NCBI GenBank assembly: GCA_049509455.1
Contig: JBEKZX010000039.1
Location: 1 to 13,228, forward strand
Source: Conexivisphaerales archaeon
GTDB lineage: Archaea > Thermoproteota > Nitrososphaeria > Conexivisphaerales > DTJL01
DNA length: 13,228 bases
Direction of reading: 5' to 3'
The notes beneath the pieces are model-generated. The model saw only the letters and a list, made by a program, of their open reading frames with translations. It made no database searches and had not been told where the DNA came from. The translations under genes were made by a program, and so were the position numbers. Below are positions 1 to 8,556 of the stretch, one piece after another; within the stretch, counting starts at the first letter, position 1, and every line of letters starts with the position of its first letter.

Positions 1-326
1 TAGCTACCGCCATGAGGCCACTGTTCGAGCTGGTCACCGTCAAGACAAACGAGATAGTCTCAGGTACCACGCTGACTGTGAAAGCGAAGAACCCCCTTCC
101 CGTCAAGACCATGGCCGCAGTCTTGGGCATGCCGGCGGGCCCATGCAGGCAGCCATTGGGGAGGATGACCAAAGCTGGCTTGAACAATGTACTGACGGGA
201 CTGAAGTCGGTATGGAAACAGAACCCGGAAATTCTGGAGCCTATCGAGAAGGGCTTCGGGGTGAGCGTCTCTGACCGCCTGGGCTCGCCGGTGGACTTGG
301 ACAGATTGTGCTATGAGGGATACTGA
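1..326 (+). CDS. dapA: 4-hydroxy-tetrahydrodipicolinate synthase, C-terminal part (5'-partial)
   Basis: Frame is open from the window start (ATAMRPLFELVTVK...). NPLPVKTMAAVLGMPAGPCRQPLG matches the DapA C-terminal NPxPxK...G...RxPL motif and is followed by a long C-terminal extension. Lies directly upstream of dapB. Stop TGA at 324-326. Confidence 0.85.
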   Translation, partial: ATAMRPLFELVTVKTNEIVSGTTLTVKAKNPLPVKTMAAVLGMPAGPCRQPLGRMTKAGLNNVLTGLKSVWKQNPEILEPIEKGFGVSVSDRLGSPVDLDRLCYEGY

Positions 327-333
327 ACCCGCC

Positions 334-1128
334 ATGGGCGCCAAGATCCGGGTCTCCATCGCTGGCGCGGCTGGGAGGATGGGCTCGATGGTGGCCCGCG
401 AAGTTGCTCCCCCTTTCGTCATCACAGGGGCGATCGAGTCCGCGGCCAGTCCGGCCTTGGGCAAGACTCTGAAGGACGCCGCCATAGCTGACAGCGATGT
501 AGTTCTTTCATCGCCTGCGGATATCAAGGAAGCTGTGCGGAATTGCGATGTTTACATCTCCTTCACATCAGCTGACGCCGAGCTGGTGAACCTGCCTGCC
601 GTCGTCGGCCTGAGGAAACGGGTGGTGGTGGGAACGACCGGCTTCTCGCAGGCCCAACGAGCCCGACTGGAGTCCATAGTGAAACCCGTTCCGGCAGTCA
701 TAACCCCGAACTTCTCGGTGGGCGCCAACTTCCTCTTCGCGTTGACGAAGAAGCTTATCCAGCTTCCCTCCTCGTATGATTTCTCCATCGTCGAAGCCCA
801 TCACAACCGCAAGAGCGACGCCCCCAGCGGGACGGCGTCATCTCTTGCTGACATCGTGAAGGTGGGGAGGGGCTACGACAGGACCGTCCACGGCCGCAGC
901 GGTCTTTCACCACGAGGCGCCGGGGAGCTGGAGGTCCTCTCCATCAGAGGAGGAGGCATCCCCGGGATGCACGAAGTGCTTGCCGCAGGAGCCTTCGAGA
1001 CCATCAAGCTCGAGCACACCGTGTTCTCAAGGTCGGCGTTCGCGGCTGGTGCTCTGCTGGCTGCCGGCTGGCTGGTCCGCCAGAACCCTGGATTATACGG
1101 GATGGACGAGGTGCTAGGCCTCCGATGA
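334..1128 (+). CDS. dapB: 4-hydroxy-tetrahydrodipicolinate reductase
   Basis: GAAGRMG Rossmann motif, VVGTTG, PNFSVG, catalytic EAHHNRKSDAPSGTA, and LEHTVFSRSAFAAGA. ATG 334 is preferred over ATG 313 because it gives a normal-length N-terminus and no overlap with dapA. Confidence 0.96.
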   Translation: MGAKIRVSIAGAAGRMGSMVAREVAPPFVITGAIESAASPALGKTLKDAAIADSDVVLSSPADIKEAVRNCDVYISFTSADAELVNLPAVVGLRKRVVVGTTGFSQAQRARLESIVKPVPAVITPNFSVGANFLFALTKKLIQLPSSYDFSIVEAHHNRKSDAPSGTASSLADIVKVGRGYDRTVHGRSGLSPRGAGELEVLSIRGGGIPGMHEVLAAGAFETIKLEHTVFSRSAFAAGALLAAGWLVRQNPGLYGMDEVLGLR

Positions 1129-2321
1129 GTAGGGTAGTTGTCAAGTTCGGCGGGGCTACGTTAGCGAACGGAGCGCGCGTTAAGAAGGCGGCTCAGCTGG
1201 TGGCCGAGGCCCCTTACGAGCAGAAGGTCGTGGTGGTCTCCGCACCGGGGAGGACGACCGACCAGTTGCTGAACTTGGTGTCCGCGTTCGAAGAAAGCAT
1301 CGAAGAAAAGGCCTACGCCGAGATACTCTCCATGGGCGAAAGGACCTCTACCAAGGTCTTCACTTCTGCCTTGAGGGCGATGGGCATCAAGGCGATAGAG
1401 TTCGATCCGTCGCAGGAAGGCTTCCCAGTGGTCACGAATGGAAATTTCTTGAATGCCACGGTGGACCTGAAGGCCACGAGGGCCGCCTGTCGCAAGAGCG
1501 TGCTGCCGTTGCTGGGCGAATGGGTGATTGTAGTGCCGGGCTTCTTGGGCCGATGTGAAGGCCGAACGACAGTTCTCGGGCGGGGGGGCTCCGACGTAAC
1601 GGCGACGGTGCTGGGCAACTGCCTCGAAGCTGATGATGTGATCCTCGTGAAGGATACGTCGGGCATCATGAGCGCTGACCCCGAAGTCGTCCCCGACGCC
1701 AAGCCTGTCAGCACCATAACCATAGATGAGATGTATGCGCTCGCCCACGGAGGGGCGAAGGTTGTCCGGCCGGAGGCCCTCTATTACAAGGCCGACAGTC
1801 AGAGGCTCAGGGTTGTGCCTTTCGGAAAACCTCTCAGTGACGACGGGACGGAGATCACAGGCTCCATCGATCCGGCCGACCCCTACTTTGCCAAGGGCTC
1901 AGGCCTCGACGAAGTGACGGTGGTGGCTGACACCGGCGTAGCAGTGCTGGGAAACGTGCTCCAGCGCATCGGTGCCAAGGTCAAGGGCGTGGGGACCGGG
2001 AGGACGACGATAACATTCTTCTTGGACGGCGATGGGTGGCAAGAGGTCTGCAAGCGTGTACACGGTGTGAGCGGCGTAAAGGCGGTTTCGGGGCGGACCG
2101 GGATCGGATACATAGAGGTGATTCACCCGCACCTTGTGGACCAGCCGGGAGTCGTGGCGAAGGCGGCTACGATCCTTTCTCTGCACGGCATTAATATTGT
2201 CGAAGTGACGTCCAGCAAAGGGGCATTGACGTTCTTCCTGGATGAGAAGAGCTTGGACGAAGCCTATGGTCTGTTGGAGGAGAATCTGATAGTTGGACAA
2301 CTGGATTCTGACAAGGCTTGA
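1125..2321 (+). CDS. lysC: Aspartate kinase with C-terminal ACT domains
   Basis: VVKFGG, VVVVSAPG..TDQL, PGFLG, TTVLGRGGSD, SGIMSADP, GAKV, and an ACT-like C-terminus (PGVVAK...GINIVEV). ATGA overlap with the dapB stop. Confidence 0.95.
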   Translation: MSRVVVKFGGATLANGARVKKAAQLVAEAPYEQKVVVVSAPGRTTDQLLNLVSAFEESIEEKAYAEILSMGERTSTKVFTSALRAMGIKAIEFDPSQEGFPVVTNGNFLNATVDLKATRAACRKSVLPLLGEWVIVVPGFLGRCEGRTTVLGRGGSDVTATVLGNCLEADDVILVKDTSGIMSADPEVVPDAKPVSTITIDEMYALAHGGAKVVRPEALYYKADSQRLRVVPFGKPLSDDGTEITGSIDPADPYFAKGSGLDEVTVVADTGVAVLGNVLQRIGAKVKGVGTGRTTITFFLDGDGWQEVCKRVHGVSGVKAVSGRTGIGYIEVIHPHLVDQPGVVAKAATILSLHGINIVEVTSSKGALTFFLDEKSLDEAYGLLEENLIVGQLDSDKA

Positions 2322-3594
2322 AGGAAGCTTCCGGGCTAGCGGAAGGGTCCTCTATGTAGAGAACGTGTCGACTATCGATCTAGCGGAGAGGTTCGGCACG
2401 CCCTCGTTCGTCACCAGCGAAGCGCGGATACGCCAGAACTTCAGGAGGTTCTGCGCCGCTTTCGGGAAGCTGTCGAAGTTCAGGGTGTACTACGCGGTGA
2501 AGGCGAACACCAATTTGGCGTTGCTTACCATCCTCAGGCATGAAGGGGCGTACGCAGATTGTTCCTGCCCCGCCGAGATATATGCGGCGTCCATGGCCGG
2601 CTTCAAATCGGACCAGATGCTGTACACCGGGAACTACAATACCCGAGAGGAGCTGGACTACGCGGTCAGAGCCGGCGTGGCGGTCAACTTCGATGATGCC
2701 GCCCTGATGTCCAAGCTGCCGTCGGGGACTGTGCCTGATACCGTATGCTTTAGAATAAACCCGGGGGTAGGCAAGGGCGGTAACGAAGGTTTGGTCTTCG
2801 CGGGACCGGACGCGAAGTTCGGGTCGCGGGAGAAGGTTGCCATCGAAGGTTACGCCGCAGCCAAGCGTCTGGGGGCCAAGAGGTTCGGAATACATATGAT
2901 GACAGGCTCCAACGTGATTGACCCGCGCTACTTCCAGGCCGCCACCGAGAGGCTTATGGACATAGCAGGAAGGATAGCCTCCAAAGTCGGAATCGATTTC
3001 GATTTCGTGAACATAGGTGGAGGTTTCGGCGTGCCCTATACTCCCGAAGATCAGGAGCTTCCGATAAGGGATGTCGCGAAGTCCGTGGAGGAGGTGTTCA
3101 AGGCGAAGGTCGAAGAGTACTCCCTGGGCGACCCCATCTTGGCGGCGGAGCCCGGCAGATACTTGGTCGCAGATTCCACTGTAATCTTGGCGAAAGTCTG
3201 CCATGTGAAGAGGACCGATGTCAAGAAGTTCGTCGGAGTCGATGCAGGCATGAACACCTTGCTCAGGCCGGCACTCTACAAGGCTTACCACCCAATGCTC
3301 GCTGCTAACAAGCTCGGGGAGGCCGAGAAGGAGGAGGTCAACATCTGCGGCCAGATATGCGAGAACACCGACATCCTTGCCAGGGACAGGGCCTTCCCTC
3401 TACTGGAGGAAGGCGACATTATAGCAATATTCAACGCCGGGGCGTACGGGTTCTCCATGTCCAGCCAGTACAACAACCGACCACGAGCTGCTGAGGTTCT
3501 AGTGAGCGGCGACGAAGCGGAGCTAATCAGACGCCGGGAGACCTACGCGGATCTCCTAGCAGGGCAGTCGATACCGTCGAGGCTGTTGCGGTGA
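2293..3594 (+). CDS. lysA: Diaminopimelate decarboxylase
   Basis: FGTP, YAVKAN (PLP lysine), RINPG, KFG, HMMTGS, NIGGGFG, EPGRY, ICENTD, AGAYGFSMSSQYNNRPR. TTG start at 2293 has GGAGGAG (2276-2282) 10 nt upstream and overlaps the lysC end by 29 nt. Exact start is uncertain. Confidence 0.95.
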   Translation: MDNWILTRLEGSFRASGRVLYVENVSTIDLAERFGTPSFVTSEARIRQNFRRFCAAFGKLSKFRVYYAVKANTNLALLTILRHEGAYADCSCPAEIYAASMAGFKSDQMLYTGNYNTREELDYAVRAGVAVNFDDAALMSKLPSGTVPDTVCFRINPGVGKGGNEGLVFAGPDAKFGSREKVAIEGYAAAKRLGAKRFGIHMMTGSNVIDPRYFQAATERLMDIAGRIASKVGIDFDFVNIGGGFGVPYTPEDQELPIRDVAKSVEEVFKAKVEEYSLGDPILAAEPGRYLVADSTVILAKVCHVKRTDVKKFVGVDAGMNTLLRPALYKAYHPMLAANKLGEAEKEEVNICGQICENTDILARDRAFPLLEEGDIIAIFNAGAYGFSMSSQYNNRPRAAEVLVSGDEAELIRRRETYADLLAGQSIPSRLLR

Positions 3595-4754
3595 CCGTCC
3601 ATCCGTCGGAAAGGGTCTCGGTCCTCCCCCAATACCCCTTCGCTAAGCTGGACGAAATCATTAGGACGCGCAGAGAGCGAGGGCAGAAGGTGCTGACCCT
3701 GAACGTCGGGGACCCAGATCTGCCCACGCCACCGTTCATAGTCGAGGCCCTCGTCGAAGCGACCAGAGACCCTGAGGACCAGGGATACTCCAGCAGTGAT
3801 GGGGAGAAGTGGTTCAAGGAAGCCGTGGCAGACTGGTATTCCAAGAGGTTCGGCGTCTCGCTGGACCCCAGCACGGAAGTCTGCACTCTAATCGGATCAA
3901 AGGAGGGCCTCGCCAACGTGGCGAGGGCCTTCGTCGACCCAGGGGACAAAGTGATGTTCCCCGACCCAAGCTATCCCGTGTATAAGATTGGCGGCGCCTT
4001 GCTCATGGGTGCTAGGGCAATCCCGCGACCTCTTTCGTCAGAGGATGGATACAAAATGAGCCTGCGAAAACGTGACCTGAAAGATGTGAAACTCCTTTTC
4101 GTCAACTATCCCCACAATCCCACCGGGGCCGTCGCTGACAGGGAGGACCTAGAGGAGCTCGTGGGCGCAGCTCGCGAATCCGGCACCCTTGTCTGTTATG
4201 ACAACGCCTATTCAGAGATGACCTACGGCTCGTACGTCGCGCCTAGCATACTGCAGGTGGACGCAGATAAGGAGATCTCGGTCGAAGTCCACTCATGTTC
4301 GAAGACTTTCGCCATGACGGGTTATAGGATAGGCTACGCGGTGGGCAGCAAGAAGGCCATAGCAGGACTGAAGGCGATTAAGAGTCAAGTGGACTCGGGC
4401 CCTCCGAAGTTTATACAGCGCGCGGCCAAGGCCGCCCTTGACAGCTACACTTCGTCGAGCCGACCGAAGGAGGTGGAGGCCCCCATCAAGGTATACGAGA
4501 GGAGGTTGAAGTTGCTCGCTGATGGGTTGAGCCGGCTGGGCCATAAAGTGCGTCCGCCCCAGGGCACCTTCTATATCTGGCAGCGCGTGGACGGAACGTC
4601 CGCTGCCTTTGCGGAGAGGCTCCTTCGAGCGGGGGTAGTCATAACTCCCGGCACGACCTTCGGGGAGGGTGGCGAGGGCTACGTCAGGTGGTCGGTCTCG
4701 AGGCCGACGGAAGTCATTAAAGAGGCTCTGGAGATATTAGAGGAGTTGTCCTAA
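3591..4754 (+). CDS. dapL: Class I/II PLP aminotransferase, likely LL-diaminopimelate aminotransferase
   Basis: YPFA, GDPDLPTP, LIGSKEG, PDPSYPVY, NYPHNPTG, DNAYSE, SCSKTFAMTGYRIG (PLP lysine), KSQVDSG. Embedded in a DAP operon with a GTGA overlap to lysA. The family is certain, while substrate specificity is inferred from context. Confidence 0.78.
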   Translation: MTVHPSERVSVLPQYPFAKLDEIIRTRRERGQKVLTLNVGDPDLPTPPFIVEALVEATRDPEDQGYSSSDGEKWFKEAVADWYSKRFGVSLDPSTEVCTLIGSKEGLANVARAFVDPGDKVMFPDPSYPVYKIGGALLMGARAIPRPLSSEDGYKMSLRKRDLKDVKLLFVNYPHNPTGAVADREDLEELVGAARESGTLVCYDNAYSEMTYGSYVAPSILQVDADKEISVEVHSCSKTFAMTGYRIGYAVGSKKAIAGLKAIKSQVDSGPPKFIQRAAKAALDSYTSSSRPKEVEAPIKVYERRLKLLADGLSRLGHKVRPPQGTFYIWQRVDGTSAAFAERLLRAGVVITPGTTFGEGGEGYVRWSVSRPTEVIKEALEILEELS

Positions 4755-5815
4755 TGGCGGACAGAATCAGAGCAGGTTTGCTCGGCGCGACCGGAGTCGT
4801 TGGGCAGAGATATGTGGAAATGCTGGGGTCGCATCCCTATTTCGAACTGACAGCGTTGATTGGAAGGACGTCGGTCGGCAAGGAGTATGGAGAGGCGACA
4901 AAGTGGATGTTGTCCACCCCCATTCCAAAGAGAGTATCTGATATGGTGGTCAGAGAGGCAAAGGCCTCCTCGGTGGCCGACTGCGACATTCTGTTCTCCG
5001 CTTTACCTTCAGAGGCGGCCATGCAGCTGGAGTCGTTCTTCGCGGATGCGGGAAAGGCTGTTGTCAGCGAGGCCAGCGCCCACCGGATGGACGAAGACGT
5101 GCCGCTCATGGTTCCCGAGATAAACGCCGGTCATCTGAAGATGCTTGAATCCCAGCGAAGGAAAAGAGGATGGAAAAAGGGGCTCGTTACAACGCCCAAT
5201 TGTACTGTCACTGGTCTAGCTATTGTCCTCAAGGCGCTGGCGGACACCTTCCCTCTGACCAAGGCCGTCGTCACCACGATGCAGGCGGTCTCGGGGGCGG
5301 GCTATCCGGGTGTCTCCTCTCTCTTGATACTTGATAATGTGATTCCTTTCATAAAGGATGAAGAGGAGAAGGTCGAAAGAGAATCGAAGAAGATCCTTGG
5401 GGCGATTGAAGGCGAGTCCGTACGCCCCTTTGTCCTCCCCATGGCCGTTTCGTGCAACAGGGTCTCCACCCTCGACGGCCATCTGGAGACCTTGTACTGT
5501 GAGTTCGGCGAGAGCGTGAGCCCGCTCGAGGTCGAAACGCAGCTCAGGAAATTCAGGGGAGAACCTCAGAGGTTGAGGCTGCCCACGGCTCCCGAAGCCC
5601 CCATCATAGTAACCGACGAAAAGGACAGGCCTCAGCCCAGGCTGGACCGGCTCGCTGGGAGCGTTCCAGGCATGAGCGTGGTCGTAGGAAGGGTGAGGCC
5701 CGGTCTGGACGACCGTTCAATCAGGCTGACTCTCCTCTCCCACAACACTATCAGAGGGGCCTCAGGGAACGCGATACTAACCGCAGAACTGATGCGGGCC
5801 AAAGGCTATCTGTAG
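4754..5815 (+). CDS. asd: Aspartate-semialdehyde dehydrogenase (archaeal/fungal type)
   Basis: GLLGATGVVGQR, SEASAHRM...VPLMVPEIN, catalytic TPNCT, QAVSGAGYPG, SCNRV...DGH, SHNTIRGASG. TAATG overlap with the upstream stop. Confidence 0.97.
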   Translation: MADRIRAGLLGATGVVGQRYVEMLGSHPYFELTALIGRTSVGKEYGEATKWMLSTPIPKRVSDMVVREAKASSVADCDILFSALPSEAAMQLESFFADAGKAVVSEASAHRMDEDVPLMVPEINAGHLKMLESQRRKRGWKKGLVTTPNCTVTGLAIVLKALADTFPLTKAVVTTMQAVSGAGYPGVSSLLILDNVIPFIKDEEEKVERESKKILGAIEGESVRPFVLPMAVSCNRVSTLDGHLETLYCEFGESVSPLEVETQLRKFRGEPQRLRLPTAPEAPIIVTDEKDRPQPRLDRLAGSVPGMSVVVGRVRPGLDDRSIRLTLLSHNTIRGASGNAILTAELMRAKGYL

Positions 5816-6041
5816 TTTCGCGACCGCGGGGTCGACTAAGGAGGGAATGGGCGCCCTAGCACCCTTCCTTCGAGACTGCCTAGCGAACCAATCGACCAGA
5901 AGACAGGCGGCTAGAGAATGCGTGGCGCCGCCGATGACGTCTACTAAGTGTTGACTGAGATTGATTACCGGGAGGAGTATGCCGGCCGTCAGGGGTAGCG
6001 CCTTGGCTACCGCTGTGGAGGAAGATGAAAGAATAACGATG

Positions 6042-6155
6042 TCACTTCTGCTGTGGTTCGATTGCTCTTGTGCTAAGCTTCCTGACTAAGGTTTCTTGGT
6101 CCTGGAGGCCCATCAATCTGACGCGCTCGAGTTCATCAAAGCTTAGGGCGGACAT
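6042..6155 (-). CDS. Possible small protein (37 aa, MSALSFDELERVRLMGLQDQETLVRKLSTRAIEPQQK)
   Basis: ATG at 6155 with a CTTAAG TATA-like element at 6181-6186 (26-31 nt upstream), consistent with a leaderless gene. No family recognised. Confidence 0.3.
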   Translation of the reverse strand: MSALSFDELERVRLMGLQDQETLVRKLSTRAIEPQQK

Positions 6156-6174
6156 CTTATAGTGCGTGTAGGTA

Positions 6175-6192
6175 ATGCCTCTTAAGAGGTAT
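6175..6192. promoter_or_regulatory. Palindrome ATG-CCTCTTAAGAGG-TAT centred on a TATA-like TTAA; candidate operator/promoter
   Basis: Perfect 12-bp palindrome at 6178-6189, extending to 18 bp with one mismatched pair, in an AT-richer intergenic stretch. Confidence 0.35.
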
Positions 6193-6302
6193 GGTATAGG
6201 AAGAATTGACAACATAAGTATTGTACCGGTTGCTTGTGTCGGGCCTTGCGGCCGGCATCTAAGCATCTCCCGGACGGCATGTCGCCCTGTCCCAAGTCAT
6301 CT

Positions 6303-6316
6303 GAAAAGCTCAAATA
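6303..6316 (+). promoter_or_regulatory. Putative BRE/TATA-like promoter of the threonine aldolase gene
   Basis: GAAAAG followed by CTCAAATA, about 41-54 nt upstream of the TTG at 6357. One mismatch from the CTTAAAT boxes seen elsewhere in the window. Confidence 0.3.
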
Positions 6317-6356
6317 CGTTCTTGAGCCTGCACACTAGTTCGAAGCGATACCGAAA

Positions 6357-7412
6357 TTGAGCCTCACGAGTCAGTTCATAGACCTGCGCAGTGACACGGT
6401 TACTCTTCCCACCCAAGAGATGTTGGAAGCGATAACGTCCGCGAGGCTGGGCGACGACGTCTACGGGGAAGATCCTACGGTCAGGCAGTTGGAGGAGCTA
6501 GCTGCAACGAGGATGGGTAAGGACGCAGCACTGCTGGTGACGAGCGGCACCCAAGCTAACCTTGTCTCCACCATGAGCAACACAAAGCACGGAGATTCGG
6601 TCATCTTGGAGGCTGAGTCTCATATCTACTGGTATGAAGTCGGAGGCATTTCGGCCGTGGCCGGCGTCTTGCCTTGGCCCATAAGGGGTCATATGGGAGC
6701 GCTCATTCCCGAAGACGTCGACGCGGCCATCAGGCCGAAAAACATCCATTTCCCCGAAGCGACCCTCGTCTGCATCGAAAACACCCACAACAGGGCCGGC
6801 GGAACCATAATCACGCCTGCCCAGATCAGGACCCTAGGTGAGCTCGTGCACGCCCGCGGTCTGAAGCTATACATGGACGGAGCCCGCATCTTCAACGCGT
6901 CGGTGGCACTCAAAGCCGATGTCAAGGAGTTCACCAGACATGTTGACAACCTCATGTTCTGTCTATCGAAGGGATTGAGCTGTCCGATCGGCTCACTGGT
7001 CGTGGGGGAGAGAGAGTTTATAGACCGAGCAAGGAAGAATAGGAAACTCCTCGGAGGAGGCATGAGGCAGGCTGGGATCATCGCTGCGCCCGGCATCGTG
7101 GCCCTCGAGACGATGGTGGAGAGGCTCGAGGAAGACCATCGCGACGCCAAGCTGCTGGCGGACGGATTAGCCAGGATTGAGGGCATCGATATAGACATGA
7201 AAGCCGTGCAGACCAACATAGTTATCTTCAACGTGAAAGGATTGGTTCTCACCGCTGACCAGTTCGTGAACAAGGCGAAGGAGAAGGGCGTGCTTTGCGG
7301 CACGGCTGATAACTACCGCGTAAGGATGGTGACCCATCGTGGGATCGTGCAGGAGGATGTAGAGAAGGCCCTTGCTTCAGTCCAAGAGATTGCACGAAAG
7401 CAGCATGCCTGA
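6357..7412 (+). CDS. ltaE: Low-specificity L-threonine aldolase
   Basis: IDLRSDTVT, GDDVYGEDPTV, SGTQANL, HIYWYE, IENTHNRAGG, MDGARIFNA, CLSKGLSCPIGS (PLP lysine), GGGMRQAG, RMVTH. TTG start. Confidence 0.95.
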   Translation: MSLTSQFIDLRSDTVTLPTQEMLEAITSARLGDDVYGEDPTVRQLEELAATRMGKDAALLVTSGTQANLVSTMSNTKHGDSVILEAESHIYWYEVGGISAVAGVLPWPIRGHMGALIPEDVDAAIRPKNIHFPEATLVCIENTHNRAGGTIITPAQIRTLGELVHARGLKLYMDGARIFNASVALKADVKEFTRHVDNLMFCLSKGLSCPIGSLVVGEREFIDRARKNRKLLGGGMRQAGIIAAPGIVALETMVERLEEDHRDAKLLADGLARIEGIDIDMKAVQTNIVIFNVKGLVLTADQFVNKAKEKGVLCGTADNYRVRMVTHRGIVQEDVEKALASVQEIARKQHA

Positions 7413-7599
7413 TAGAAGGAAGTTTCGCCGTCTGGCCAATGCCGCGTTATGAGTCTTGCCGTGTAGAGACTCAAGATGGAGAAGGGGAGTAGGTGAAACG
7501 TCGAAGTTGCGACCCTCGAACTCTGTTGCCCCATCAAGGACGGAAGAAAAAGGCATCACTTCTTACGGATGAGCGAGAGCCTCCAGTTACGCTCCCCAT
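7412..7599 (-). pseudogene. Probable decayed ArsR/SmtB-type winged-helix regulator
   Basis: Joining frames from ATG 7599 gives MGSV/LEALAHP/VRSDAFF/SVLDGATEFEGRNFDVSPTPLLHLESLH/ARLITRHWPDGETSFY. This resembles the ArsR pattern ALaxPxR...L.xG...f.vS...HL..L..AGLI.R...G...Y. It needs about 4 frameshifts. CTTAAAT (7628-7622) lies about 28 nt upstream of the ATG. Confidence 0.42.
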
Positions 7600-7669
7600 T
7601 TGCCGACAGCTACACTCATCGATTTAAGCGGCGTGACATAATCTGTAATGCCGAGGAATAAGCGGCTGG

Positions 7670-7676
7670 TTTATTT
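7670..7676 (+). promoter_or_regulatory. TATA-like box (TTTATTT) for the aldo/keto reductase
   Basis: Located 26-32 nt upstream of TTG 7702. Confidence 0.35.
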
Positions 7677-7701
7677 CAGTATCTCACCGAACCACAGCTG
7701 T

Positions 7702-8553
7702 TTGGATTACCACGAATTCGGTGGGACGAGTTTCAAGGTCTCCTGTATCGGAATGGGGACGTACTATGGCGTCCTTTCGGGAGCGTTCTCCGGGGCGACG
7801 GGTCGTCAACAATTTTGGGATGAAAAGGCCGCGGCTCTAAAGAAGGGAATCGAACTCGGAATGAACCTCATTGACACCGCTGAAGTCTACCAGACCGAGA
7901 AATTGGTGGGGGAGGTCATCCGGAATGAAAGAAGAGACGAGATGTTCATCGCTACGAAGGTATGGTCATCCCACCTCCATTATGATGACATGTTGAAGTC
8001 GGCCAGGGCGAGTCTCTCGAAGCTCGAGTTGACATATATCGACCTGTACCAGATTCATTGGTCCAACGGGAAGATACCCATAGGTGAGACGATGAGGGCA
8101 ATGGAGAAACTCGTGGATGAGGGGAAGATCAGATTCATCGGCGTGAGCAACTTCTCCACGGCGCAGACGAAAGAGGCTCAGGAGTCCCTTAGCAAGCATA
8201 GGCTCATCTCCAACCAGGTGGAGTATAATCTGATGACGCGGGACGTCGAAAGGGATCTCCTACCCTACTGTAAGTCAAACGGAATCGCAGTCCTAGCGTA
8301 TCGCCCTCTGGCGCATGGCTCCTTGACTAAGCCGAACGGCCGATTAGGCGTCACGATGGAGGAGATATCGAAAAGACATGAGAGAAAGACCCCAGCCCAG
8401 ATTGCCTTAAACTGGCTTCTTGCTCGAAGGGAGAACGTATTCCCCATCCCAAGGGCGTCCAGGCTGGAGCATGTGGTGGAGGACGCTGGCGCTACGGGAT
8501 GGAGCCTCGACGAAGGAGAGGTCACTGCATTGCTGGCCGCTGCCCACTCATGA
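7702..8553 (+). CDS. Aldo/keto reductase
   Basis: KVSCIGMGT, catalytic tetrad in IDTAEVY (D,Y), IATKV (K) and LYQIHW (H), then IGVSNF, NQVEYN, TPAQIALNWLL. TTG 7702 (MDYHEFGGT) gives the usual AKR N-terminus. The ORF track uses ATG 7648. Confidence 0.94.
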   Translation: MDYHEFGGTSFKVSCIGMGTYYGVLSGAFSGATGRQQFWDEKAAALKKGIELGMNLIDTAEVYQTEKLVGEVIRNERRDEMFIATKVWSSHLHYDDMLKSARASLSKLELTYIDLYQIHWSNGKIPIGETMRAMEKLVDEGKIRFIGVSNFSTAQTKEAQESLSKHRLISNQVEYNLMTRDVERDLLPYCKSNGIAVLAYRPLAHGSLTKPNGRLGVTMEEISKRHERKTPAQIALNWLLARRENVFPIPRASRLEHVVEDAGATGWSLDEGEVTALLAAAHS

Positions 8554-8556
8554 ATG

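Noticed and set aside
5847-6089. Two short plus-strand ORFs (5847-5954 and 5979-6089), each preceded by GGAGG
   Set aside because: The SD-like motif is only about 3 nt from the ATG, the peptides are unrecognisable, and both are in register with the minus-strand open frame.
5995-7472. Small hairpins: GGTAGC/GCTACC near 5995, GGCC-GCAA-GGCC on the minus strand near 6245, TGAGTCT/AGACTCA near 7450
   Set aside because: Stems of 4-7 bp are expected by chance, with no U-tract or larger fold. One lies within a probable pseudogene.
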